Of a stretch of DNA of 64,000 nt, positions 28,154 to 38,373 are shown one piece after another. A program made the translations under genes and the position numbers. This DNA comes from a virus. Location: the IMG/VR virus record IMGVR_UViG_2889178456_000001; one strand, written 5' to 3'. Position 1 is the first letter of the stretch. Every line of letters starts with the position of its first letter. Under the pieces are notes generated by a model that ran no database searches, was not told the origin of the DNA, and saw only the letters and a program-made list of their open reading frames with translations.

Positions 28154-28675
28154 TTGCCACCTATGAATACCCATGATATGTTCATGTATAAATCATGGAG
28201 CCAAATAATGTCTGAGACCGTTTCCAGTAAATCCAGTGCTATTGGGCCCTGCACTCGACAGGCCGTTCAGATGCAGACGCTTCATAATCTGATGATCGGG
28301 GTTGCATCCATGTCGGCCGATCTGATCCCCGGTGAAGTCATGAAAGAATGGACTGAGCGCATTCACAAACTTCAAGACGAGGCGGCCGCAACGTACAGCC
28401 ATCCGTCTGCTGAAACGAATGTGACATCCACTCTCTCTAAGCCCATCGAATGGCGGAAGGGCTGGATGTCGGAGCTTCCAAACTGGAAGCATGAGCACTG
28501 GGGTGGGCTGACGTCGTTTGGCACGTACATCGTACAGAAATCATGGCACGACAGATATCTGGCAACCGCTTTATCAGGATCCTTCATTGTGGGCTCTTCT
28601 ATTGAGACGCCTGAGGAAGCTTTTCAGTTGTGTCAGGATGATCTCGATAGCCGCATTAAAGAGATGCTCCTCTGA
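28154..28675 (+). CDS. Hypothetical protein
   Basis: 173 aa ORF; true start may be the internal MSETV. Confidence 0.55.
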   Translation: MPPMNTHDMFMYKSWSQIMSETVSSKSSAIGPCTRQAVQMQTLHNLMIGVASMSADLIPGEVMKEWTERIHKLQDEAAATYSHPSAETNVTSTLSKPIEWRKGWMSELPNWKHEHWGGLTSFGTYIVQKSWHDRYLATALSGSFIVGSSIETPEEAFQLCQDDLDSRIKEMLL

Positions 28676-28730
28676 CCGCTTGAAGTGTGCAGATTTCGCT
28701 CGCATCTAGCCAGAGAACAAAGAAGGATAT

Positions 28731-29165
28731 TTGAGTATGCCATTAGAAGACATGACATGGGGTCAACTCCAAGATGACGCGTCCCTACTCCACTGCATGG
28801 AGCCTGAGCAGGCCCATGATTACCTAGCTCGTAAGGTCTTTATGGACTTTGATGCGACGAAGGGAAAAGCCCACGACAAAAGCCTGGATGAGTTTCGTGA
28901 CAAAACACTGATCCCTGCTATTTTTGCAGTGGCCTCACTTTATGTTCCTGAGCTTCGCTCTGATGTAGAGCTGCGAAATAAGGCACTGCCGGAGATCTGG
29001 AAGACTGTCATGTACCAGCTCGTACTCAGCGATGATCTACCTGCCTTGGATGACCCTGAGCGCGACAAGAAGGCCTTGTTGATGATGACGGACATGATCA
29101 AGGACATGGTGAAGCCATCAGCTGAAGTGAGCGATGAGCCCGAAGCACCGGCTCCAGGCTTCTAA
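28731..29165 (+). CDS. Hypothetical protein
   Basis: 144 aa ORF ending EPEAPAPGF; hairpin follows. Confidence 0.6.
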   Translation: MSMPLEDMTWGQLQDDASLLHCMEPEQAHDYLARKVFMDFDATKGKAHDKSLDEFRDKTLIPAIFAVASLYVPELRSDVELRNKALPEIWKTVMYQLVLSDDLPALDDPERDKKALLMMTDMIKDMVKPSAEVSDEPEAPAPGF

Positions 29166-29274
29166 GTCAGACAAGATTGCAAAGATTGGAGACAGGTCAT
29201 CCTATTTTGGTGGCCTGTTTTCTTTTTGCAAGGAAGGATCGTAGATTGCTTCTTGAACTCTAGAGGCAAGAAAT

Positions 29275-29568
29275 ATGACACTTGAACAGATCAGATACGA
29301 AAAGGCGAATGAAGCAGTATGCGAAAACTATGATTTCGATGGTGAAGTCGTGGCTGCTATCGATTGGCAGGTCTATGAGAACGAAGGCCGCGAGCGCATC
29401 GCCAATGTCTACTTTGAAGACGAAGAGAACAGCGAACGATCAAAACTCGGCCACGCCATCGTAAGGTTTGAGCCCGGAAGCGACGAGATTACTGAAGTCT
29501 ATGCGCACGTGGATGGACACGACATCGGTTCTTACACCCCGCCTGTCAGCCCGGCGCCAGGGCGCTAA
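29275..29568 (+). CDS. Hypothetical acidic protein
   Basis: 97 aa ORF ending PPVSPAPGR. Confidence 0.6.
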   Translation: MTLEQIRYEKANEAVCENYDFDGEVVAAIDWQVYENEGRERIANVYFEDEENSERSKLGHAIVRFEPGSDEITEVYAHVDGHDIGSYTPPVSPAPGR

Positions 29569-29882
29569 ACGCCATCGATCCAGTAATGCTTTGGATGGGA
29601 ATCTGTGCATTTGATGGCGTCCTGCTCACACAAAAACGTCAGCGATCTATACAGGGTGGCTGACGATAATGACACGCATCTGGGATGTTCAGAAACCATT
29701 TGCGCTGTGATGGCCCTACCATCAACCTCTTTCGATAACTCAAATAACGCGTAGTAGATCCAAAGATCACGGTCAGAAGCCTTATCCAAATTCAAAGACT
29801 TGGACATTTCATATAGCACTTCTTTTAGTCGATAAAAGCGTTCGATTGTTTGTCGCTTATTAGAGCGGTGCTGGTCTGACAT
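29565..29882 (-). CDS. Putative winged-helix protein
   Basis: LSSATLYRSLTFLCEQDAI helix; similar to ORF 3860..4273. Confidence 0.5.
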   Translation of the reverse strand: MSDQHRSNKRQTIERFYRLKEVLYEMSKSLNLDKASDRDLWIYYALFELSKEVDGRAITAQMVSEHPRCVSLSSATLYRSLTFLCEQDAIKCTDSHPKHYWIDGV

Positions 29883-30033
29883 CGTGAAATTTGGGGTACC
29901 GGATCGCCATAGTGCCCTCTCTCCTGGAGTGTGGGTTAAACATGATGTGATCGTACTCTCACGTTCTGGTTACTTTAAACTGTTCTGCTTGGAAGGAGTG
30001 CTATCTTACAACAAAGAGAACAGGAAATTCCAA

Positions 30034-30504
30034 ATGAATGCTATCATAAAACGACTATTTTCTTGGATATTTTTCACTTCTGCTGTTTTTTTTGCCACAG
30101 TGTGCAGTGCGAATACAGTCCACAATGTGAACGCGGGGGTTGTTTCGGTTTCCTCTCTTGGCGCCTCTGACGGCATCGCGTCTTTGTTCATAGATGTCAG
30201 GCTGAAGTCAGAATGGCAGACTTACTATAAGTCATCAGAAAAATATGACACTCACATGAAACTTCTGTGGCCGGAAGAACTGGAAGACAAAGTTTCCTTC
30301 TATGATATCGATTGGCCTCCGTACATTGAGCGGGACTACTATGGCGAACAGATCAAGGTATATCGAGATCAAGTTCTAATTCCTGTTTCGGTGACCTTTG
30401 AAAATTATGATGACGTCCCAGAGGAGTTGGAGTTCGAACTAGAGATATTCTTTTGCTCCAATGTCTGTATGAAAGAGAACCTACCTGTAAAAGTGGAACT
30501 CTAG
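30034..30504 (+). CDS. Exported DsbD N-terminal-domain-like protein
   Basis: Signal peptide, WQTYY, IDWP, VYRDQVLIPV, C-terminal CSNVC. Confidence 0.7.
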   Translation: MNAIIKRLFSWIFFTSAVFFATVCSANTVHNVNAGVVSVSSLGASDGIASLFIDVRLKSEWQTYYKSSEKYDTHMKLLWPEELEDKVSFYDIDWPPYIERDYYGEQIKVYRDQVLIPVSVTFENYDDVPEELEFELEIFFCSNVCMKENLPVKVEL

Positions 30505-30788
30505 TCAAGGAACGCAAAGCACCCGGCCAACCCGGCGGGGAGAACGAGTAAGGTGCCCGCCTTGTAAGCCTCCAAAGCGACACCGGTCTCTTCGCTTTTT
30601 ACTGTCATCCAGAACTTCCCTTTGTCTGTTACCGCAACACCTTCGGGAAGTTCTCTAAGTACGCTTTGTGCAGGAAATATGAAGAGAAGATCTTCTTGTT
30701 GATCAGACATGATCGTGACGGTCGCCAGAAGGGCAATCCAGGAAAAGATCACCAAAGCTAGACCACCAAGCCATCCCCTAATAGTCAT
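30501..30788 (-). CDS. Small membrane-anchored hypothetical protein, last gene of a four-gene operon
   Basis: N-terminal transmembrane helix; abuts the upstream gene. Confidence 0.6.
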   Translation of the reverse strand: MTIRGWLGGLALVIFSWIALLATVTIMSDQQEDLLFIFPAQSVLRELPEGVAVTDKGKFWMTVKSEETGVALEAYKAGTLLVLPAGLAGCFAFLD

Positions 30789-31821
30789 GGATGTGTTCCA
30801 GGGTGAGGCCCTTAGCTTCCAAGCCACGCAGCAAGTCCGAAAGGTCAGGCACTTTTGTTAGTACTAGGTGTCGGTAATCCTCAAAGCCTTGTCGACGAAC
30901 ACTGACAACAGATCCCTCTAGGTCTGCCCCTTCAGAAAGCACCGTCAGGAGTATGTCGTCATTCCCTGCGATCTCGATGAAATCTACACCTTGGTCGGCC
31001 ATATTCTTCAAAAGGTGGGTTAGTGCGCGATACCTCGGTGTTTCGATCTCGATCCCTGATTGGTGGCTTTCAATGAAACCTGTTTCAGGGAAGTCGACCA
31101 GATCCTGCTCACTGATACCGGTCACCACCATATTCAGACGCAACGCATCCGGCGCCATGGTTCCGACCGCGCTTTCGATGACCTTTGCATAGCCAGCTTT
31201 CACTCCGTATTCGATGCACAGCGCAAAACGACGCTCTCGATCTCTGAAGCTATCGGTGGAGGCTGCCTTCAGCTCTGATTTGTCTTTATCGAAGTCCCAT
31301 TGGTACCAAGGCACCTGCCTAAGAAACTGACTGTATTCTAAAGCCTGGCGTGCGGAGACCCTATCCAGCACTGAAGGTCCCTCACCCCGAATGATCGTGG
31401 CTACCCTCCCCACGGTCTCTTCATAGGCAGCCTTCGCCAGCATCTCTGCTGTGAAGCTTACCCCAATCGTGTAGATCGTTGTTTTAATGTCCCCGGAGAA
31501 ACCTCCATGGGACCCTGAGGCTTCCGATAAGCCGCATAGGGAGCCCCAAAACCCTGATATGGCAGACAGGTAGGAGAAATCGTGCGGATCGCCCGTACGG
31601 ACCACCTCAGCGTATTCTTCATAAGCATGCACGATGTGCCATTCAGGATAGGTCATCAGTGTCCGACCCTCATCCCGATGTTTGTCATCAGGCAGGATGG
31701 ATTTGTAGTCATCCTTATCAATCGAAGGACGACATGAGGTCTCCACATAACCAAGTGGCGCCAAGAGGGCTAACACCATAGCGGTGCTGCCCAGCGCGGC
31801 CCATTTCAGGAACCTCTTCAT
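30778..31821 (-). CDS. Exported hypothetical protein
   Basis: 347 aa, N-terminal hydrophobic anchor, ATGA coupling. Confidence 0.7.
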   Translation of the reverse strand: MKRFLKWAALGSTAMVLALLAPLGYVETSCRPSIDKDDYKSILPDDKHRDEGRTLMTYPEWHIVHAYEEYAEVVRTGDPHDFSYLSAISGFWGSLCGLSEASGSHGGFSGDIKTTIYTIGVSFTAEMLAKAAYEETVGRVATIIRGEGPSVLDRVSARQALEYSQFLRQVPWYQWDFDKDKSELKAASTDSFRDRERRFALCIEYGVKAGYAKVIESAVGTMAPDALRLNMVVTGISEQDLVDFPETGFIESHQSGIEIETPRYRALTHLLKNMADQGVDFIEIAGNDDILLTVLSEGADLEGSVVSVRRQGFEDYRHLVLTKVPDLSDLLRGLEAKGLTLEHIHDY

Positions 31822-32234
31822 TCATCACTGCCGAAGCGAAGACCGGTATAGAACGCGACGACCCCAAGAGCTATGTGAGGCAGGTTGGCAAGTGCTCTGA
31901 AAACGGTGAAGGACAGGCCTTCCATTTTGTTCGTGAAGACTCCGAGATCCAGGTAGCCGTATCCAGTGATGTATCCGATCACGCCGTCACCCAGATAAAG
32001 TGCACCGAAGACGATCAAGAAGAATTTGGAAGCCCTTACTCCCAGCAGACCGGCTGCCAAAGCCCATAGGGCAGAAGCCAAGTGAAGTGCGTCATCATAT
32101 GGATCGAGAGCAAATATTCCGAAAGCCAAACCCTCAGCGTCTGTGATGCCCGGGATGTAATTCAGCAGCGCTGCACCCAAAAGTATGATGAAGTATACTA
32201 AAGCTATCTTCTGTATCGTTTTCATATTTTTCAT
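31818..32234 (-). CDS. Four-helix membrane protein (DUF4383-like)
   Basis: GIFALDPYDDALHL motif and hydrophobic helices. Confidence 0.65.
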   Translation of the reverse strand: MKNMKTIQKIALVYFIILLGAALLNYIPGITDAEGLAFGIFALDPYDDALHLASALWALAAGLLGVRASKFFLIVFGALYLGDGVIGYITGYGYLDLGVFTNKMEGLSFTVFRALANLPHIALGVVAFYTGLRFGSDE

Positions 32235-33715
32235 AGCTTATCCAAATAATTATTCCAGAACCCGTTTTGGTAAATCAACTTGGGATCTAACTGTCTCTTC
32301 TTTAAAACGAACTCCTCCGCACGCGGATAGGCTAATAACAATTGCTCCAAAGTGGCATGGGGACGATACGGCAGGTAGTAGCTTCCTCCAATACTTAAGA
32401 CGCCATCTATGAGTTCCCGGGTCATGCGTGTCATGTCCGCTTCACCTCTAGAGGTCATCTCTTGGCTAAACGACATAACGGCAGCGATGCGCGGTACCGG
32501 GGCATAGGACAGCAAGCTTTCGGGATCCCTATCCACAAACCGCAGGGTCACATTCAGAAATTCTTGGTAGGACGCAGGGATGACCTGGCGGCAGACATCC
32601 ACAAAGTCAGCAAAGCGATTTGGTGCCACGAAATACTCATGCAGGATATCGGTTCTAAGCGGATCGCGATCATCAAGTGTTGCGACCGGCTCGTTAATCA
32701 AACTGTTGCGGGTAGATGCCCCTGCAAGCATGGGGTTGAGGTCAGCTTCCATTTTCCAACGCAGCTTCTTCATCCTCTCATTACCGAGCTGGGCACGATA
32801 GATGTGGCTTGAAAGATGAGACATCATGCCGGAGCCGCTGGCAGCCGGAATATTGCTTTGGTCAGCACTCGGCCGATATGTGATGACGAGAGCATCCTTC
32901 ATGAAGTTCCCTCTATCCACATTGGCACGGCCGTAGGCCATGGTGACCCCCTCTTCATTGAGAGCTTCCACGAACCGGTTGCCGAAGTCCTTCGATGATA
33001 CCTTCTCAAAGGTAGGCTCAAGCATCTGGTTTTTGGCTAAGTCGACTTCCAGCTCGGTGATGATGCCGATCAGGCCGTAGCCACCCATCGCCATTTGGAA
33101 GAGATCAAAGTTTTTATCGCGGGAGCACGTGATCAGGTCACCGCTTGGCATCATAATTTCACAGGATCGAACTGTGCTTCCCATGGGGCCCTTCTTTACT
33201 GGCCATCCATGCGCGTTCACACAAAAGGTAGCCCCTACTCCAAAGTCGTTGTTTGACTGCATGACCATCGGGCTAAGCCCTAGGGGATCCACACGACTGA
33301 TGACCTGGGCCCAAGTGACCCCAGAAGACACCCTCATTCGGGATTGCGCGGTATCGACGGCGATGTCGTCACTAGAGATCGTGATCGCGGTCCCGTCCCG
33401 GGGAATGGCATGACCGCCCATAGAGTGTCGAGCGGCTCCCACGTTCATAGGTCTGCCCTCAAACCTTGCCTCTGTCATCTCTTGTCGAAGCCTAGAGACC
33501 AGCCGCTCTTTGGTGTTGGCTTCTACGATAATATGTTTGGATACAGGAGTGTGGCTGAGACCACTGGCATCATTCAGGAAGGAAGGCGACGTTTTTTGGG
33601 AGAGCGTACCTGCCCCGGTCATATCCGGAGCAGGATTAGGTAGCTTGAAGACGCCCCATGCGCCGAGAGCGGCTCCACCACCGAACAATGCTGTTCGTCT
33701 TGTGATCTTTCCCAT
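32231..33715 (-). CDS. FAD-linked oxidase (VAO/PCMH type) with Tat-like signal
   Basis: TRRTALFGG twin-Arg, GARHSMGGH, VNAHGW, GGYGLIGII, YYLPY, DPKLIY. Confidence 0.85.
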   Translation of the reverse strand: MGKITRRTALFGGGAALGAWGVFKLPNPAPDMTGAGTLSQKTSPSFLNDASGLSHTPVSKHIIVEANTKERLVSRLRQEMTEARFEGRPMNVGAARHSMGGHAIPRDGTAITISSDDIAVDTAQSRMRVSSGVTWAQVISRVDPLGLSPMVMQSNNDFGVGATFCVNAHGWPVKKGPMGSTVRSCEIMMPSGDLITCSRDKNFDLFQMAMGGYGLIGIITELEVDLAKNQMLEPTFEKVSSKDFGNRFVEALNEEGVTMAYGRANVDRGNFMKDALVITYRPSADQSNIPAASGSGMMSHLSSHIYRAQLGNERMKKLRWKMEADLNPMLAGASTRNSLINEPVATLDDRDPLRTDILHEYFVAPNRFADFVDVCRQVIPASYQEFLNVTLRFVDRDPESLLSYAPVPRIAAVMSFSQEMTSRGEADMTRMTRELIDGVLSIGGSYYLPYRPHATLEQLLLAYPRAEEFVLKKRQLDPKLIYQNGFWNNYLDKL

Positions 33716-33773
33716 GCCCGTAACCTCCCAGCGCTATACCAGGATAATTTAAGGCGACGATATTAAAAGCGCT

Positions 33774-34112
33774 TTAGGGGGCGTAAGCGGCATCAGGAGC
33801 GAACTCGTTGTCACGCACCGCGATGAAGACCCGGTCGGAGATGATCGTGGCGATAGCCTCTGACTTCTGGAAGTCTTCGATGGTGTATTCTTCGAACAAA
33901 AGGTCAGCCGAGTATCCCAGGTTCAGGTTGAAATCGAACTGGAATTTCTGGCTATCCTCATCGAACTGAGCGCTCTCCAGCTCGATCCCCATGATCTCTG
34001 CGCTGGGCATGCGCATGGCTGCCTTGGCCAGTCCTGCGTGGATGGCGCGTGTGGCTGCTGCTTTGTGGTCCAGCGAGCGCATTGCGATGTTCGCGACTTC
34101 CGTTGTATCCAT
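33774..34112 (-). CDS. Hypothetical protein
   Basis: 112 aa ORF, GAGG upstream. Confidence 0.55.
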   Translation of the reverse strand: MDTTEVANIAMRSLDHKAAATRAIHAGLAKAAMRMPSAEIMGIELESAQFDEDSQKFQFDFNLNLGYSADLLFEEYTIEDFQKSEAIATIISDRVFIAVRDNEFAPDAAYAP

Positions 34113-34313
34113 GAGTAAACCTCTACCTGAAAATTATAGCTAAGAATATATGTTCTATAGTGCATGTATATATTGGCTTGCGCAAGCACAAACACACTGC
34201 TAGAAAGATCTCATGAATAATATCATTGGATTTATCTTTATGGCCGCTGATAGCAAGGGTATGGACGTTCCGTACCGTACAAAATGTGGCCCTTGGACGC
34301 GAGCGGCAGCAGT

Positions 34314-34694
34314 ATGACGAAAAACCTTCTTGATCGATCCCTTAAGGCGCTTTCTTCCCTGACTAGCTATGCGAAATGGCAGATTTCTGAAGGTGACACC
34401 CATCACCCGACATTGCCAAGTGCGCTGGCGCAGGCGGAGAGCGTGTTGTTCGACGCCAAAGAGCCAGAGGTGAAGTCGACCACGACTGTGATGATCGACG
34501 ACCAGGAATATGAAATCGAGGGATGCCCTTTCTGCGGCTCGGCGCCTGAGTTTGTTGAGCGTGCAGGCGACGCCTTTGGCTTCCGGTGCACCTGTGCCAG
34601 CAAGCGGTACATTCAGACCTACTACGATACCAGCATCAATGACCGGACCGGCCGCATCGAAAGCGCCGTTGCCTCATGGAATAATCGATCCTGA
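34314..34694 (+). CDS. Protein with C-terminal Lar-like (restriction alleviation) Zn-ribbon domain
   Basis: CPFCG...CTC...AVASWNNR pattern. Confidence 0.55.
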   Translation: MTKNLLDRSLKALSSLTSYAKWQISEGDTHHPTLPSALAQAESVLFDAKEPEVKSTTTVMIDDQEYEIEGCPFCGSAPEFVERAGDAFGFRCTCASKRYIQTYYDTSINDRTGRIESAVASWNNRS

Positions 34695-34726
34695 ACCACA
34701 ATTGATTTCTAGAAGGAATTCGACGA

Positions 34727-35137
34727 ATGGAACCAAGATACAGAAATGGTCTGGATGCGGTAAACCAGCGTTTATCTATTGAAAGCCTCATCGGCAAGAC
34801 AGTCGAGATCGTCAACCATGAGGACTGCATCGATTCCAACATCGGTTATGGAAAGACGGGGATGAAAGCTCGCATCTGTAATGCAATCACATTCTTGCAG
34901 CCTGACGTCAAAGCTGGCGATTACAGTCGACCCATCTCAATGGTAGAGCTCGACTACACTTCGTTTGGGGATCATAATCGAAAATTAGAAGATAGCGGAT
35001 GGTGCGATACAAATGGTGAAGGCGACTTCACTTGCAGAAGCCTAGGTCTCTATACTGGCCGAGACATGTGCGTAGTTGACCCCAGAGATCCACTCGCAGG
35101 AATGAAAGTCATTGAAGGAGATCGCAAGAATGGTTGA
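34727..35137 (+). CDS. Hypothetical protein
   Basis: 136 aa ORF, AAGGAA RBS. Confidence 0.55.
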   Translation: MEPRYRNGLDAVNQRLSIESLIGKTVEIVNHEDCIDSNIGYGKTGMKARICNAITFLQPDVKAGDYSRPISMVELDYTSFGDHNRKLEDSGWCDTNGEGDFTCRSLGLYTGRDMCVVDPRDPLAGMKVIEGDRKNG

Positions 35138-35357
35138 AGTCGTCACATCATGGAAAACCCTGTTTCAGCTTGCAGCCAAAAGCGGCAAAGCCAAGATGGC
35201 GTGGCTGAAGACCCCGACCGAGGAAAATAAAGCTGCCTACGACGCGGCCGTGAAGGAGCACGATGACTACCGCGATGTTTGCCTCGAAGCAGATCGCATG
35301 ATCCACCTTGCCGGTGTGTTCGATCCAACTTGTAGAAGTCGTTTAGAACAAAGGTGA
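35112..35357 (+). CDS. Small hypothetical protein
   Basis: Likely start MVEVV after AAGGAG. Confidence 0.55.
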   Translation: MKEIARMVEVVTSWKTLFQLAAKSGKAKMAWLKTPTEENKAAYDAAVKEHDDYRDVCLEADRMIHLAGVFDPTCRSRLEQR

Positions 35358-35369
35358 AGGGAACCATTT

Positions 35370-35561
35370 ATGGCCAGTAAGTCGCCAGACGTACTTCCGA
35401 CCACGAAGGACAAGGCTTTAGACGCCGAGATCAGAGCTTCTCAGTGGCTTGCTTCGGCTAATGAGCTATCAGAACGCGGCAGTACGGAGAAGGCCGAAGA
35501 ACACTATCGGAAGGCTCAGTTCTGGCTTGATCGCTACAACAAGCTTGCGGGAAACCTTTAG
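35370..35561 (+). CDS. Small hypothetical protein
   Basis: 63 aa helical ORF after AAGGG. Confidence 0.55.
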   Translation: MASKSPDVLPTTKDKALDAEIRASQWLASANELSERGSTEKAEEHYRKAQFWLDRYNKLAGNL

Positions 35562-35674
35562 TGCCGGTTGTGAGAAAACCAGTTTTGTCATGAAAGATGA
35601 CTGCTATGCGGACTAATTTTGAAGGATCATTGTGCGAATTTAATATTTGGATTCAAAGCGATAGAGAATGATCG

Positions 35675-36762
35675 GATGCAGCCACCATGAATATGGGTGG
35701 CTACTACAGGGGGGAAGCCCGATATGCAGTGAGTTACGGCGGTGCAGCCATCCCTATGGGTGGCTACTACAGGTAGGACTGCCGACCGAAGCATTATAGA
35801 TGCAAGTGCAGCTAACCAGATATTCGGTGGCTACTAGAGAAACGTGATGATGCCGCTTACACAAACACTATGTGCAGCTACCAGGATTATGGGTGGTTAC
35901 TACAGAGGAGCAGCTGCGCTGCGCCTGCGGTGGGTATATTCAGCTACCACAATATTGGTAGCTACTACAGGTCTATTACTTTGAATGACGTGCAAGGACT
36001 TGGATGCAGCCACTCTGATTGTGGGTGGCTACTAAAGGAGAAAGTTGATTATACTGCGCATGGCTGGTGATGCAGCCATCCTGAATAAGGGTGGTTACTA
36101 CAGGTTGGAAGGAAAGACGCCCTAGTATTGAGAGAGATGCAGCCATCCTTGGGGTGGTTACTAAAGGTATCGGCGCTTGGCTTCTGCCTTCGTGAATGAA
36201 ACAGCCACCCTAGGAATGGATGGCTACTACAGTTGGGAACAGCTACGCATGCTGATGCGTCGTGATCAGCCATCAAAATAGTTGGTGGCTACTAAAGGAA
36301 GGGTGCCATTGCTGTTCCGTATTCGTCGAGTTCCAGCCATCCAAACTATGGGTGGCTACTACAGATCCCAAACGGCCTCCGCTTCGCCAAGCCAACAGAC
36401 AGCTATCCCGATTTGGGTGGCTACTACAGACTGCGAGGGCCACACGATGAGCTTGCAAAGGACGCAGCTATCCTGAGAGTGGGTGGTTACTAAAGGACGC
36501 AGGCGCTTAGAGCGTGTACGCGGGCAGATGCAGCCATCCTGAATATGGGTGGCTACTAAGGTTGGGAAGCGATGGTGCTATTTTCCTACGCGGTGCAGTC
36601 ACCCAATATATGGGTGGCTACTACAGGAGAGAACCTTCAGAGGTCTGCTGATCGCATATATGCAGCAGACCTGAGTTTGGGTGGCTACTACAGGCACATC
36701 CATTTGAGATAGTAGCCCCGGCCACTGGTGCAGCCATCCAAAATATGGGTGGCTACGAATAC
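35675..36762 (+). CRISPR. CRISPR array 2 (orphan): 17 repeats (32-36 nt), spacers about 29-32 nt
   Basis: Repeats such as GATGCAGCCACCATGAATATGGGTGGCTACTACAGG at 35675, 35741, 35805, 35871, 35937, 36003, 36069, 36136, 36198, 36264, 36330, 36396, 36461, 36527, 36592, 36659, 36727; AT-rich leader upstream. Confidence 0.95.
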
Positions 36763-36785
36763 AATGAGAACTTCCCGCTGGGGCC

Positions 36786-37244
36786 TTACAAAGAAGGCCC
36801 GCTTGACGGGTTTTCTCCCACAGGTCTGACAGAGCACAAGATCGGCTCAAAGTTACCATCAGCATTCTTAGCCATGGCAATCTGTGCCTCGACGTCTTGG
36901 AATTCAGGCTCTGTCAGATAGTAGTCACCAGCCCCGACGAAGCGAGAGACATCCTTCACATAGCTCAAGATTGCTTTCTCAATGGCAGTAGGGTCATCCC
37001 CTGATAGATCGGCATAGTGACAGCCATGATTCATCTGGGTTTCCATAAACATGCCGCCTTCAGGAGCAAACACTATCTCCATGAAGATCATGCCCACATC
37101 ACGCGTATGCATGGTAACCGCTGCCATGCGGCAAACAGCTTCGCCTTTTACATAAAGATCTTGGGAGGCATTGAAGTCCTTGAACTTCTCCTTGTGCTCT
37201 AGGAATTCCTGCGCAATTTTATCCGCAACTGCTCGATCAATCAT
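36786..37244 (-). CDS. Hypothetical protein
   Basis: 152 aa, CAGGAG RBS; tail ends PSSGPSL. Confidence 0.65.
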   Translation of the reverse strand: MIDRAVADKIAQEFLEHKEKFKDFNASQDLYVKGEAVCRMAAVTMHTRDVGMIFMEIVFAPEGGMFMETQMNHGCHYADLSGDDPTAIEKAILSYVKDVSRFVGAGDYYLTEPEFQDVEAQIAMAKNADGNFEPILCSVRPVGENPSSGPSL

Positions 37245-37360
37245 ATTTATCTCCTGTTGAGAGCAACATGCCTAATTCTCGGAAACAATCAAGGGTCGGC
37301 CCGATAGGTTTGCAACATTCATATTTCTTCGGCATATGACCCAACAAAGAGGAGAGCAAC

Positions 37361-38206
37361 ATGTCTAATTACAAGGTTTTCACCAAAGAATATGATCGGG
37401 TGATGCATGTGTCTGAGTATAAGGAAGACTTCCATAAGCAGGATCCTGAGATGCTCAATCGACTTAAAGTCATGCTCGATCCCTTTATGACCAACATTGA
37501 TATCGAGATCAGCGATCCTGAGGAGCCACGGACCTTCCTTCTCGATTGCTCAGGATCAATGCGAGGTAAGACGATTGCAACCCTTATTGCCGGAATGGTC
37601 GAGACGGGGAACGCGCTACACAAGGCTGGCACTCCCTTTGAGATATTGGGTCACACCACAGCAAAGTGGAAAGGCGGCCGCCCCTACCAGGAATGGATGA
37701 ATGTAGGAAGACCAGAGAAGCCAGGTCGCCTCAATGAGCTACTTCTTTATGTCATCAAAGAGCGTGACGAACCATGGCCAGAGGCACGTGAAAACCTTCT
37801 TGGACTACTGCATGATAAGGCTTTGAAAGAGAATATTGATGGTGAAGCTATTGAGTGGGCGAGTGAACGCATGCGTGCGCACGAGCAGCCTGGTAAACTC
37901 GTGATCGTATCGGATGGCAAACCAATGGACGATGCCACGATTGCATACAATAATATTGATCTGCTGAAAAATCACCTTCGGGAAGTGATAGAACACCAAA
38001 AGTCCATTGGTCTCGATTTTGATGTTGTAGCGATCAATAATGGCTACGGATTCCCCGATTCCGCTTATCCTGAATATCATTCGGTGGACATGCGCGACAC
38101 CGGCAAGCAACATGAAAATACTGTGAGTATGATCACTCAGATCCAGGCCGCCATGTCGAACCCAAAATCAGACCTTAGCGCTGACTCTGCCGGAATGGGC
38201 ATGTAA
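37361..38206 (+). CDS. Stand-alone CobT C-terminal (VWA) domain protein
   Basis: MIDAS motif LLDCSGSMRG, EILGHTT, PGRLNEL, KENIDGEA, VSDGKPMDDAT. Confidence 0.82.
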   Translation: MSNYKVFTKEYDRVMHVSEYKEDFHKQDPEMLNRLKVMLDPFMTNIDIEISDPEEPRTFLLDCSGSMRGKTIATLIAGMVETGNALHKAGTPFEILGHTTAKWKGGRPYQEWMNVGRPEKPGRLNELLLYVIKERDEPWPEARENLLGLLHDKALKENIDGEAIEWASERMRAHEQPGKLVIVSDGKPMDDATIAYNNIDLLKNHLREVIEHQKSIGLDFDVVAINNGYGFPDSAYPEYHSVDMRDTGKQHENTVSMITQIQAAMSNPKSDLSADSAGMGM

Positions 38207-38309
38207 CCTATAAGGCTATACGGTAACCTTCAGGGCTTTGGCGTTGGAGGTTGCCGACTGGCCTTGCAAGCTAACAATAAAATTGCACTCAATAAGTGGG
38301 CGCAATACG

Positions 38310-38323
38310 CAATAAATTTATTG
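38310..38323. promoter_or_regulatory. Perfect palindrome upstream of XRE regulator
   Basis: CAATAAATTTATTG, with further CAATA copies just upstream. Confidence 0.4.
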
Positions 38324-38373
38324 TGCTCCCCATGAAAGGGTGAAAGAATTTCATCAGTAATTGGACCGGAGTA

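Noticed and set aside
35675-36762. Type VI (Cas13b/X-like) assignment of the orphan arrays from 36/30 geometry
   Set aside because: No large dual-HEPN ORF in the window; repeats match array 1 and show a Cas6-style stem plus 8-nt handle.
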